Of a stretch of 64,000 bases of DNA, positions 1 to 13,543 are shown in pieces. Within the stretch, counting starts at the first letter, position 1; every line of letters starts with the position of its first letter. Source of the stretch: Blepharisma stoltei ATCC 30299 (Eukaryota; Protista; Ciliophora). Under the pieces are notes generated by a model. The model made no database searches. It was not told the origin of the DNA and saw only the letters and a list, made by a program, of their open reading frames with translations. The position numbers and the translations under genes are program-made. The stretch covers positions 682,001 to 746,000 of the forward strand of contig CBFDEM010000020.1 of NCBI GenBank assembly GCA_965603825.1, written 5' to 3'.

Positions 1-1896
1 CAAAGTCAAAATCCCTAAGCTACACCACACAATTCCTTGATATAGCTCTAGCCTTCTAATATCATTTGAAGCAATGCCCCACACCACTAAATCACCGATA
101 ATTTTCCCAAATAGCACTGCTTGTGTTGAAAGAAAGCCACTATCTGCTAATCCTTTTGATATTTTTTTAGGCAATTTTATAGAAATTAACGAATTTGAAA
201 CTCCATCTGCCACATCAGTTGCTAAAAATATAATAATTGAACTTAGGGTAAACTGGAATTCTGAAATATCTCCAAAGTCCAGAAACAAGCCACTCCCTAC
301 TATAACAGCAATTCCAGCAATAAATAAAAATTCTCTCTCACTAAATTTAACAGTCAAAACCCCAATGAAGCAGTGAGATATCATAGGAATTAGGCACAAA
401 CTTGATATTAAAATCCCTAAATAGTTAAAAGAAAGCTCATTGTCCTTGAAAAATGGGAATTTGGTTATAGGAGCTGACGATATAAAGCCTTCCTGTATCA
501 ATGATGCTACTATAAGCGTTCACACACAGAGACCTACAGCTCAATAGCTATGATTCCAGTGGTTTGAATTATTAAATCCATTAATGATCAGCTCTTTTGA
601 GGTGTCTTCAAAAACAAATAGAAATATAATTAAATATAGAACCATTACACATGTCCAGATGATCGTCGAAAATATTTGTTCACCATACGATAATACAGAA
701 AAATTAATGATGTCAAAAAATACAGCTAAAAGTGGGCCACTAGCCATGCCAATTGCAATGATTAATACAAGGCCTGCGCTTCATCTTGCTCGGTTTTCAT
801 TAGATACATGCTCAGCCATGTACATTTTTGAGATTAAGCCTGAGCCGCCTATTCCTAATAAAAGACGGCCTAAAAATAATAGACTTCCAAGCTCAAAATG
901 CAAGGCAAGTCCATTGGTGATATTACCTAGTAAAATTCAAAGTGCTGCAGTTCCTATAGGCAATTTATAGCTATATCTTGTCCATATCCCTGTAATCATA
1001 CCAAAAACCAATGATGCCATAGGCGTACAAGCATTTAGCAGCCCAACATAAGATTCTGCATAATCAAGCTCTTTAAGATAATATTTTGAAGTAATGCAAA
1101 GCATGCACACATTGCTGGAATATAAAAACACTAAAACTAATATCAATACTAAGTTTCTCATAGGCGAGCTCCTAGGTTCAATTATAACTGGGCCTTCAAT
1201 ATCATTACCCACTTGGTGATAAAGATACACAGCAAGAGGCTTATTGTTTTTCACTAATTATATAATACGCTTGTAATGCTTATTTTTAAAATCATCAATT
1301 GTGAGATCAAGAATTTCTAATTTGTCTTTTAAACTAGCACCCAATAAAGATTCTTGGTTTTTATGCTCAATTAAATTTTTGCATTTAGGGTAGTGGATAT
1401 TTTGCAAGTCATCAAGGATTTTTTGTAAAATATTTTCTGACAGGGCATTGCTGAATTTTTTGTTTATGTTATGTAGTCTATTTTGAATTATATCTCTTGC
1501 TCTTTTTTGGTATTTAAAAATATGTGATTCATATCTCTTAATAAGAACTCTTGTTGCCTGTAAGTTTAAAACCATAAATAAACAGATTTCCATTGACTCG
1601 TGAGCAAGCTTAATCAATGTTTCTAAATAAACATGGAGGTCCTCTGAGTGCCACTTTCTTAATGATTTTTTTTCTTCTTTTAAATTTAGCCTCATTTCTT
1701 CTAAAGAAACCAAGGTGTGAACATAAAAGCTAGTAAATCGATCGACTTCTTCTTCAAGCTTACTAAAAAATGGACTGTTTTCTTCTAAAGAGATTGAAAA
1801 CTCAAACCCACTTAATTCTGAAATTGCTGGTAAATCTAGATATTTGTTAAATCATTGTGGCCGCTTTGAGACTGCAAATTTTTCATCAAAATGCAT
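1..1896 (-). CDS. SPX-MFS transporter (PHT5/SPX-MFS-like vacuolar phosphate transporter), 3' end runs off the window
   Basis: ATG 1896 gives MHFDEKF..PQ(W=TGA)FNKYLD, an SPX-type N-terminus. One frame via a 15-nt intron (1254-1268) and several TGA. MFS part has GIGGSGLISKMYMAEHV..IGMASGPLLA and SGFLSTQAVLFGKIIGD, resembling plant SPX-MFS motifs. Confidence 0.8.
1254..1268 (-). other. 15-nt spliceosomal intron GTATTATATAATTAG
   Basis: GT..AG; removes an in-frame TAA and joins two same-frame ORFs; A at position 10. Confidence 0.9.
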
Positions 1897-2104
1897 GATT
1901 ATTATTAATGGTTTTTAGCAAATAGCAATGATACTAATTTCTAGGTTTTGTGAAAGATATTTTAAATTTTGTTCATTAAGCAAAGAAATAAATAGTAAAT
2001 ACTAGCGAAATTTAATTTGAAATATAAAATTAGGACTTAAGTTATTTTTCGATTATTCCGCATTAAATCCTAATAACTCTTATTATAATAGCAAAAAATT
2101 CATA

Positions 2105-4309
2105 TTAAATATGCGCATCTTTTGTAAAATTCGTCCTATACACACTCGATTTTGGGTGTATTGGTGGTAAATATTCTTTTTTATTTCCAGGGCTCAGTGA
2201 TCTTTGCCGTTTTTCTCTTTCCACCAAGCTCAAAATTTTAGTTAATTTTGTATCAAGCCCATCCAATTTATCTTCAACCCCTTTCATCTGGCTTCTCATT
2301 GCTACATATTCAGTCTCATTTTCCTGTCCAAATGATTGCGAAAGTCCTTTATCCATACTTTCACTTAAAATGGAAGTCCCTGTTTTTTTCCTCTCCAATT
2401 TCCTTTCAACCCTTTCTATTTTTTGTTGTCCAGCAATATTATTAAAGCTCACTTCTTTTTTAAGCTCTACTGTTTCTAATAGATCAATAATTTCTTGTTT
2501 TGAAGAGTTATTTCTTCGTTTTCTTTCTTCAGAAACTTGCTTTAGTTCTTGGGCGACTCTTGGATATTCAATCATCATGATGTCGAAAATATTTTTTGTA
2601 AGGATAAGGAGCTCAGTTTTTCACTCTGAGAGGACTGAGAACTCACGTGGGGATTGCTCTATAAGCTCGATTTCTCCAAAATATGACCCAGATATCATAT
2701 TTTTAAATACGAGGTTGTTTCGGCCGTATACAAAGCCAACTCTTCCATCAACAATGAAATAGGCTTCATCTGCATAATCACCTTTTTTATATAAAAATTG
2801 TTTTGGTTTGATAATGGTGTGCTTTAGACGTGGGAGAATATCAGCTAAAAATGCTACTTCTTTATTAGAAAAAAAATTAATTTTTTGAGCTGCACATTGG
2901 AACATTGACATTCCAATGTCATATCGTAAAGTTTTGGGAAGGTCAGAAATGATATTAGATCTTTCATTGTCGTCTAATGTTAAGGTTTCTAAATGGATTT
3001 TTATCTTTTTTCCTATTTCAAGGGTTAGATTTGGAGGAAGCATTGTGTCTTTTGAAAATAGATCAATTAATTGCATTTTGGCATTTATTAAGGATTTTTT
3101 TTCATCCATAGAGCTAAGGACTGAAGATAGAGAACCAACTACAAATGAATAAAATCCTATCCCAAAAATCATCCATATTATAGAAATTATCATTTCAGCT
3201 TCTGTCGTTGCATGGATATCTCCAAATCCTACTGTGGTCAAAACAGTTACAGCCCAGTACATGCTAGCTAAATATAAATATCCGCTGGATTCATCTACCA
3301 TCTTACTAACTACAACCCATGTATCCGGATTAAAATTATCCAATTTAGCTGAATAATATCACATGCACGCACATAGATGGACTAATATTGCTATGATCGC
3401 TATACCTGAAAACAGCCTTGCAACTCCTTGGTGAGATGTAAAAAACAAGCCAACTTTGTCTGACTTTAAAAATGTATCGAGGATTTTTACTATTCGACTA
3501 GCTCTTACTATTCTTGTTAATCTTGCCATTCTTAAAAGACGAACTAAAGAGCTTGAATTATTTTCAGATGCTGGTAATAAAGTAAAAGGAAACACAGAAA
3601 CACAATCGATAATAAAAGTACCTCTTATGTAATTTAAGGCTATTGATTTTCTTGAATAAATAACTTTTCCGTCTTTATTTGTATAGGCTGTGTTAAATAT
3701 CACTAAAATATCTAATCCGAATCCAATAGCGACTGTAGTGTCGAAATAATATCAAAACCCTTCTCCGTTTAGATTATCAGTAAACGATATGAGCCAAGGC
3801 ATGATAATTAAAGTATACCCTAAAAAAAACAAAATAATAGTGTTTCATATAGATAAGATTATGGAATCTGGAAGAAAAACAGTGTATCTAACTTTTATTG
3901 CCTCAGTTTCAACTTTTTCTTCCACATATTTTTTTTTCATAACATGCTGAATATTTTTTTTATAAGAATTGTGAGCGTCAAATAAAAGCGACCCAGTTCC
4001 ATACAACCTGATATCTTCAAGCATTAAAGTAAACATACGAAAACCCTTCATTTTTCTCTTTGCTCTTTGAAAAATAGCGTAAGCACTAAAATTCTGCACA
4101 GGCTTACTTAATATAAATTCTCTGCGCCGAGAAGTCAGGCTTTGTTCGAGTGAACTGTCAGAATCTTCATCTATTGAAATTAAATTTGGCATTTGACTGG
4201 TTGTGAGCTCGCTTTCTTCAAATGAAGGGACTGAATCATATTGATAGCGTAAATTAGGCTTTTTAGCCTTCACATCTGATAGTTTTAGTGTTTCTTCTGC
4301 GCTTGACAT
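2105..4309 (-). CDS. Cyclic-nucleotide-binding-domain K+ channel (KCNH/EAG/HCN-like), ~734 aa
   Basis: ORFs 3845-4309, 3359-3703, 2621-3343 and 2105-2578 share a frame and are separated only by TGA. S4 RLLRMARLTRIVR, pore TVGFGDI, CNBD FGEIEL..PR. Confidence 0.9.
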
Positions 4310-4630
4310 TGAATTTTTTGAGATTATTGATTAATTAAATATGAATCCGAAAAATCACAAAATAGAATTATTTGAAATAAAAGCAAATTAAAATAAAGAA
4401 TTTTTAAAAATTTAGGTATTTAATGCATTAATAAATAAAATAGTGGAATCATTCATTTTTCTTTAGTTGAATTATGCTAAAATTTTGATAGCACTTAGAA
4501 TAAGTCACACATTGTCTTCGAGCTGAATCTTGTGCTATTAATAATAATTTGACAATCTATTTTTAAACAATTATATGAGCTATTCTTTTTAAATAATTAA
4601 ATAAATATTTTATTTCCATATTTTTGCTGT

Positions 4631-7477
4631 TTATGATATTTTATTAACAATTAAATTTTGAATCTCCAGCATATCACTTTCTAATGCTCCAATTCTCCAC
4701 CACAATCTTATTACAGTAATGCACAATAACACTATTATTCCAATTAAAGCATACATAACCCAGTCGCTTTCTTTTGATTTGGACTCCTCAACATTTATTG
4801 GTGGCAAAGGGGCCATTTCAACCTTTATTCCTAGCTGCTCTCCGATTTTTTTCTGTGCCATTGGAATTCACATAGTCTGAATTATCATTCTTCCTTCCTT
4901 AGTACCGGATCCTTCCATTTTCCCACCAAATATTGTGGATTTATTGAAAACAAGTCCATAGTGAGCTTCAAGGTTCGACTTGTCTTCTCCGTATATTCTT
5001 CATTTGAAATAAGCTTTAAAATAATCGCAATATGGAACCCCAATAATATCAACTACTGTGTCTATCACAAATTCAGTTTTGGATATAAGATGCACTGTGT
5101 GTTCTTCAGCAGTCCCACATGAATCAGGCATAAATGGCAGTTTTTCACGCAGCTTGTGATTAAACTTCAGTTTTCTTGTCGATATTCTAGGCCAGGATCC
5201 TTCTTCAGCTCCTTCTTTATAATAATTCTGAATAGGGGGCGATCATTTGGTGATCTCCATGTCATATTCCCCTCTTGTTTTCAAATAGTCCATTAAAAAA
5301 CCATTATCATCATCTGAAAAAAAATATTCAAAAACTTTTTGTGGACAAACATCAAGAGCAATAGGGCGCTGGATAAGATCGTATTTGACATATGACATAG
5401 GAAATTGTTCCACATTTACTACAGGGGTTCCTTTGATATCCCTCATTAATTTGCTTAGCTGAAGCCTATGATTTCGTGTTTCTACTTTAAATTCACATAA
5501 AATATGTGATCTTTTTGATGTTTGTGTTGGGGACATTTTCAGTAAATTATTTATGGTCGCCAAAGCTTGATCTCGAAATAAAAATGATGCGAATAAAATT
5601 TCACTGGAATGGGTAGTTATAGATAAAGCTGTATCAAAAATTAAGGCAATCTGACGTTTTTCTACTTTTATGATGTCAGATAAAGGTATAGCTAATAAAG
5701 TTTCTCTACCAAAAAGGGTGCTGGAGTTAAAATAAGAATGAAAACAGAGATGGGAAGTCGTCAGATACATCCTGCCATGTAGAAGAATTTTTTGACTCAA
5801 TGCACAGGTGAAGCTATCAACAATTTGGGTTTCTGGGCTCAGCCCGAATTTCGTGATCACATTTCCTTCTGGCTCGATCTCTTCTTCCTGAGTGCCAAGC
5901 TCTTCGCTTTCTAATGAAGCATTTCTTGATATTTGGGACATTTGCCGTATTTCTTTTATAGAATCATCAGTAAGCTCTCTTTTCTGATATAAATTGATGT
6001 CTTTGTATTCTCCTTCAATCTCAAGCTCTCCAAGCTCTTTTTCTGCTCTATCAGCAATATCATCTATTGAGTTGTACAGATCTTCTTCAAGCCTATGCAA
6101 GTCTTCAAATACTGCTTTTATATTTTCTAAATTATTTTTTTCCTCTTCATTGCTTTCAGATAAAGTCCCGAGAATTTTGGACAAACTTGCTGATTTTGAA
6201 TTAAAGAATTCTTTTATATTAGGTGAGTTCGTAGCTGATCTAGATGAATATGATCCTCTTTGAGATCTGTCGGTATATATAGGATCATTTCCTTCCACAA
6301 AATTTAAAAGTGACACCCTTATAGATCTTTTAATATTTTCTTGGTTTTTTAGGACTTCAGAAAAGGGCTCAAGTCCTAGTTTTCTTATTTCACCTGCAAA
6401 GATCTGATAAACCTTTGCAATTTCAGTAAATGCTGAGTAGTAAACATCCCAATGGCTTTTTCCAATATTTTTTGCAGCTATATAACTTGGTAATTTAAAT
6501 GTACCTAAAGTGTTTTCTAATGACTTCCCTAAATCTTCTTCTAAGCAAATCGTGCTGAAAATAAATTCTTTAAATGCTTTTATCATAGTTGTCCTTTCAT
6601 CAATAAGCATAGCTTGAGACTCAAATTTTTCTTTATTCATTTCATTGGTGAATATATTAATCTCTTTGCCTATTTTGATGTCAAACGTAAAGTCTTCGGA
6701 TTCCTCAATGTTTTGGAACCTCGTCAAGGCGTATTCTTTTCTTATGACTATCATTTTTTTGATAATCGCTACCATTGCATAGTAGCTGCTTAATAAGATG
6801 TGGAGAGAGTCAAATTCAAGGTCTAGCACAGATGAATGGGTGGTGTAAAGAGTATTTTCTAATGCTTCGTGTTTTTCAAATACTAGCTCAGCTTGAGTTT
6901 CAATATCCGACTGTATAGTTTTTAAGTCTTTGTTGCTGGTTCTCAGTTTCTCTTTAAATTTCTGAGCCAATCCGAGCTGGTAACTATTTCCAGGCTCACT
7001 TTTAGCTTTTTCAAAAGCAGCCTGCATGGACTCAACCTCTTTGGTCTGCTTTTCCAACTTAGCTTTAAGCTTAAAATAATGGATTTTTGCTTGACTTAGC
7101 TCTTTCATACCCATTGAAGTGCTTTCTTTTATTCAAGTTTTGCATGAGTTTATATCAGAAACTAGCTGGTTGAACTTTTGCATAATACTGAAATTTAATG
7201 CCAGGCCAGATTTACTATAATCTTCTCCAAGCTTCTCACTAAACTCACCAAAAAACTTTAATGAATTTGCTAAGTTCTTATTCTCATTAGATGTATTTTT
7301 AAATAAAGCCGTTAAGAATGCTCTGCCTGTTTTGGAAAGAGCCTTCCCATATGTATCAAACAAAAGCGTTGTGTCATTAAAAAGTGTTCTGATAATTTTT
7401 CAGTGTTTTTTAAGGCTGGATAGTTTTGATAGTCATTGCTCAACATATTGTGCCTGCTCAGAAAAATGCTCTTTCAT
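4631..7477 (-). CDS. Coiled-coil/BAR-like + GRAM + VASt (StARkin) + C-terminal TM lipid-transfer protein (LAM/GRAMD1-like), ~948 aa
   Basis: Single frame from ATG 7477 through TGAs. GRAM motif FTCAL..KILLHGRMYLT..HLCFHS; VASt motif DIIGVPYCDYF; C-terminal TM WVMYALIGIIVLLCITVI. Confidence 0.8.
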
Positions 7478-7705
7478 TAGATTTTTATATTTTACTATTG
7501 ATGGTGCTGGAAATTAAGTCAATTTTTGAAAATTTATGTATATTTTCATTGGATTGAAATTATAATGGAGCATTTAGTTACTCATGTCAATGGATTTGGC
7601 ATTAAAAATAAACAAATCATTAGATTTTAGTGAAAATTATCATTGCATAGTTAATATTAATAATTGAAATTTCTATTTAATTTAGAAGAGAATAATAAGT
7701 AAGTG

Positions 7706-8947
7706 ATGGAGACTCCTTTATTTTTGCGCAAGAAAAAGCTGTTCTTTGTCTTCACAAGTGCTGCAAAGCCTGTATGGACTCGATATGGCTCAGAAACTGA
7801 TTTATCCACATTTATAGGCTCGCTAGCAGCAATTTTATATAAGTTTCAAAATTATTACACAGGAATTCAAGACTCGCTGCGATATCTTCGCACGGCTGAT
7901 ATGTATGTTGTATTTTTATGCACCGAGGCTTTATTTTATGTTTGCATATCTAAAGGCAAAGACTCCCTTGAATCTTTGTATAATCAGTTAAGAATGCTCC
8001 ACACAAAAGTTATATCAACATTAACAGACAACATAACAACAATGCTAATATCAAGACCAAGCTACGATGCTAGAAACCTAATGGGTGGCACTCACTCTGC
8101 ATTAGACTACTTAATAAGAACAACTGCGGTAAGTCCCAGTATGCTTGATGCTTTCATGCCAGTTCCAATGCTAGCTCAGCATCGTTCTCAAATCCAGCTT
8201 TCTTTTAAGAGCCACCTAGATGACGATCTTTTATACGGTTTCATTATGACCTCGACTTCAATCATTTACCGCTACTGCCGAAAAGGGGAAAATATTCACC
8301 ATATCGACACCTCTCTACTCTTCAACATGCTGGCTTCCCATAGTTCATTAAGATCTACCATGTCATGAACCCCAATTTGCTTGCCAAATTTCTCCGATAA
8401 AGGCTTTGTGTACGCTTATATAACGTTTTTGCAAGACTCACAAGTCGGCTTAGCATTGCTTTCTGATAACTCAGCAGCGTTCAAAAACTTAAAAGCATGT
8501 GGAGATGCTATAGAAACAGAGATTAGAGGACTATTGCCTATTATAGAAGAATCAGTTAAATCTATTCCTTATTCTGTAAGTATCTGTGGGATCAAAGAAT
8601 TCAAGCATTTTATATACATGACAAAGGCTGTTGACCAATACACCATGTCAGGATTTACCCCATCTACAAGAGATTTTTTACCAGAAATGCCAATTGATAT
8701 TTATAAAAGAACGCTCAGACGATATTTTGCCGCTTATAAATTGTCAAATATTCCTGAGTTTTTTAAAGGTAATTATACAAAAATCGACACATATAAAAAT
8801 GAGCAAATTGTAGCGCTCAGGACAAATGAATATGTATTATTTGCGTCATTGTCTTCAATGCTCCCTGCAGCAGCTGTAGTACAGTTAACGACACAGCTTT
8901 TGAGATGGCTGAAATCTCAAGAGCAAGATTTTTTCATCATGAGATAA
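7706..8947 (+). CDS. MON1: Vacuolar fusion protein Mon1 (Rab7 GEF subunit), ~413 aa
   Basis: FVFTSAAKPVWTRYG and RPSYDARNLMGGT; conserved S(W)TPICLPNF has W=TGA at 8366-8368. Confidence 0.9.
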
Positions 8948-9007
8948 AGAAAAACAAATACTTGTCGTATTATTAACATTAAATAAACTATTTAGAGTAT
9001 ATAGTAA

Positions 9008-9526
9008 ATGGAAACAATATACCCATTACAAGTCACGTATTGTCCTATATGTACACTACCAGTGGAGTACTGTGAATATGGACCTGATTTCAACGCTTGC
9101 AAGAAGTGGATTGCCAATAACTGCCCTGAGGCTTATCCTGAGCTAGCTGAAGAATTTGAAAAAATTAAGCTTGGTGAGGAGCCTGCACCAATTGAAGAAG
9201 CGAAAGCTCCAGTACAAGCCCCAACTAAAAAGGTGAAGTTTGAAGGGCCAAAACAAGTGAAAATTGCATTACTTAAAAGAGGAGCAACAAAAAACATTAC
9301 TGCTATTTCGGGACTGAAAGATTTTGGAATTGATCTCAAGGCTGAGGCTAAAAATATTAGAAAAAAATTTGCCTGTGGGTGTAGCGTAGTTGATGATAGC
9401 ATTGAATTGCAAGGAAACTCAGTCAACCAAGTTTATGATCACTTAAGTGAGATTTATCCGGACATGAAGCTTGTGATTGAAGAAGAAGGTGGGAAAAAGA
9501 AAGTCAATAAAGGAAGTAAAAAGTAA
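9008..9526 (+). CDS. DENR: Density-regulated protein / Tma22 (SUI1 domain), 172 aa
   Basis: YCPICTLPVEYCEY zinc motif; KKFACGCSV..IELQG SUI1 domain. Confidence 0.92.
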   Translation: METIYPLQVTYCPICTLPVEYCEYGPDFNACKKWIANNCPEAYPELAEEFEKIKLGEEPAPIEEAKAPVQAPTKKVKFEGPKQVKIALLKRGATKNITAISGLKDFGIDLKAEAKNIRKKFACGCSVVDDSIELQGNSVNQVYDHLSEIYPDMKLVIEEEGGKKKVNKGSKK

Positions 9527-9821
9527 TACACAATACAAAGATTAAATAATGGCAATTCTCCATCATTAGTTAGCAGATATTTGTGGTAATTTTTGCATAA
9601 AACTTATAAGAACTTAATTCTTACCTAGAAAACATGAGAAATCAATAAGATTTAACTGAAAAACTAGTTAATATAGCAGAGTTCCTTATGCAAAAGCTGC
9701 TAAAAGTTATCCTTATACAATATTTAAGAGTGACAAAAATCCTCAAACTATTTCCATAATACTTCAGTATCATAATTTCTGACAAGAATCATCTTTTATT
9801 ACTATGATTATTATCTTTCAT

Positions 9822-10505
<684 letters not shown>

Positions 10506-10861
10506 TTATTAGGAATGGAAGAAAACAATAAATAAATGTGGATTTTGACTGAAGCAATTATAAATCAAATTTGTAAGAGCCAAAAGCAAGGTGAAGAATA
10601 TGGAATATCTTGAGGAAATGCCAGATAAATTTGCAGAAGTGTTGGTTTTGCCAAAAAGAGATAGTCAAATTGGTAGAAGTTTAAGTTTGCACTTATGAAG
10701 AAAGGTATATTTATCTTGAAAAGAGTGAAAGTAGCAGAATTCAGCAACCTATTGTGATAAAACTTCTGAAAAGCCTTTATCTCAACGAAGAGCCTCTTAT
10801 TAATAAAAAAACATCACTAAGACGCATTTAATCAATTCCTTTTAGATGTTTAAAAAGAAGT

Positions 10862-13495
10862 TTATTTGTGTTTATTTATCGCTTTAACTCTCAATTCTTC
10901 ATACTCTGCCTCTAATTCATCCAGCAAAGCTGTCGATATTTTTGTCTCATTTACGTCTCTAATAAAACTGTCATCAAAAATTTGTATCGGACATGTGGGC
11001 TGGCTTATTGTTGTTATTACAAGCATTATTTCTTCAAACCTTATCTCTTTAAAAGCAACTGAAACTCTTTTAAGGATCGTAATCGCGCATTTAAAAATAG
11101 CTTTCCAGCCTTCTAATACAAACAAGTCTCATATAGCTAACAAAATATCAGTTTTACTTTGTAAAATGCTGGCAAATAGAGTGAGAAATCATGATGAGCT
11201 AAAATGAGCTGAGTTTATACCTATTTCGTTCAAAATTTCATGAACTTCAGGGAGCATAAGCCCAATTAGCCTATCTAACTGATAGAAAAACTGCCTCAAT
11301 TTGGGTAGATTATGCTTAAAGAGGGCTTTCATTTGATATTTTTCAATCAGTCCAATTAAGCATTTAAATACAATTTCTTCATCTTGCAGCTGCAAATAAA
11401 GGGTTCCTGCTATAAAATTCATCCCTTGGCAGTAGCCTACTTCAGGATTAAACGCAGCATAAGCTCTAAGCAATCTTCTTAAGATATCCTGTGTAACTAT
11501 TGAGTTATTTTGGAAAGATCTGAGAACATCCATCTCAATAACGTCATTCATGCCACTTCTGCCATCCATTTGATTACCTCTTGATAGAAATACATCATAA
11601 ATAATAGAGCTGGAGCCTGTTTTTAAAGAATCTATTCAGATTTTATTGCGAAGCTCCATTTTTTTAGAGTAGCACAAGCTGCTTCGAATCAGGAGACGCT
11701 TTTCAATACGGTTTCTGAATGCCATTTTCCAAGATTTGCAGACTTGGAGGGCTGAGGTTGTCTCTTCAGGCATCAGTCAATCCAAAGAAAGAGCTATTGG
11801 CAGCAGATTTCCCCATTTATTTAAGCGCTTTAATGAATCTTTTTTCATTTTAGCCAGAATTTTATACGATTTTTGGTTAGCCTGTATTTCTGAAAGGAGT
11901 AAGCATGTCCTTTCATAATCCATATTGTATTTTTTAGATAAGTTGAGTATTATACAATTTGCCATTTCTAGTGAAACTCCTAACCTTAACATATGATTGC
12001 TATATTGGCTGATTATAGTAAAAGCTGCTGATTTTTCAGCCCTTTCAAGCTCTGGGTCCTTTTGGAAAGGAATTTTATTCGCAATCTGTTTTAAAGTCCC
12101 CAATATTCCAGAATCCTTTATTTTTGATCGGTTTTTTTCTATTGCTTCTTTATTAGATTCCAGCCTATCAGAAATTGCATAATCCATTGCTTGAATTCAT
12201 CTGACTCGATCTAAAAATATTTGGTGATGAATATAAGAACAAAGGTAAACTCTTTTCTGATTATTGTCGATTGTGTAAAAACTGCGGGAAAATATCAAAA
12301 TCCTGATAAATTCCACGGCTTCTTGAGAATTGTCATGGATGATTCCTGTCAAGGCTTCTTTTATAAATTGTGAAAGTTTTTCGATTTTTTCATTTGATAG
12401 CTCTCCTTTGTGCCGTTTTGTATCTAAAATATCAAAAAAATTGGTTCTCCCTTCAATAGTGCTTAATATTCTTGAAAATCTTAAGAAATGTGACGATTCA
12501 AATAAGCTAGCCTCAGGATCTATTTCTTCCTCAGACTCTGGAATCAAAAAGTTTACGACCTTCAAAATATGTTCAAAATCAGGGTTTTCAGTATCCGGAA
12601 CTTCACTATTCACCTTTAAAAACACCTCATTCCTCCTTTTACTTCAATCCTCGTAGCTTACAAACTCTTCTCTATTCGGTCCAGAGTCCTTTGATTTATT
12701 GGAATCCACAAACACCATAATGTCAATATTACTATTAATATTCCCCACAATGCTATTCACTTCTTCTATAATATCTATGCAATAATTCTGATGTTTCTGA
12801 TAGTGTTTCACATATCTTTCTAACGAAGACTTAATAAAATGTATCTTGCTTTCGTCACTTTGCTGCAAAGATTCCATAATCTGAGGCATAGATTTATCGT
12901 ATTTGTTTCAGACTTCATTAGTAGCAGAGACTGCTTGCATGTAATATTTGCATTCTTGTGAGACGTGGTCCCTATGATAAATCAGATCACGTTGGGCATT
13001 TTCTTTGAGCTCTTGATCAGCATCATCTGAGCTCAAAGTTCTTACTCTTTTATTGGCTTTTTCTGCTAATGAAGAAGTGCTGTAATACTGGTATCGGATT
13101 TTCTCCATTTGTTCCCTTGCTTTTTGAAGCTCTTTTGTAATAGCAAGACCTTTCCTTATATCATTTACATTAGCTTGTTGAAATTGGTCTGCAAATTGTT
13201 CGAGAGGCTCAATTATGTCAAGCTGCATATTTCTTGCAAAAGTGTTGGTGGAGTTAATGATTTTTTTGATGTGAGAGCTTAGGGAGCAGATTGACATAGA
13301 AAGAGTGTCCATGGTTCCTTCTTTGGGTAAGCTTTCTTGGAAGGACGCTTCGAGATTTATCAAGCTATCACTGAAAATATCAAGAATATTAGAATACTGC
13401 TTGAAAAAGCTGCAAATTGACGTCAGAGTCTTTGAACTCTTTTCCATATGTCCTTGAACGATGTCGAACTTGTCGCATATTTCAGTGTAACTCAT
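10862..13495 (-). CDS. F-BAR-like + TBC (Rab-GAP) domain protein, ~877 aa
   Basis: Six same-frame ORFs joined by TGA. IEMDVLRS, GYCQGMNF, SS(W)FLTLF and AI(W)DLF TBC motifs; helical N-terminus resembles F-BAR. Confidence 0.85.
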
Positions 13496-13543
13496 AATTT
13501 AATGAACTGATAAGAAAATGAATTAGCCTAACAAATAATATAT

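Noticed and set aside
74-970. Plus-strand ORFs 74-376 and 584-970, and similar antisense ORFs throughout (e.g. 2370-2762, 16380-16742, 21499-21942, 36042-36446)
   Set aside because: Shadows of real genes on the opposite strand with no recognisable motifs.
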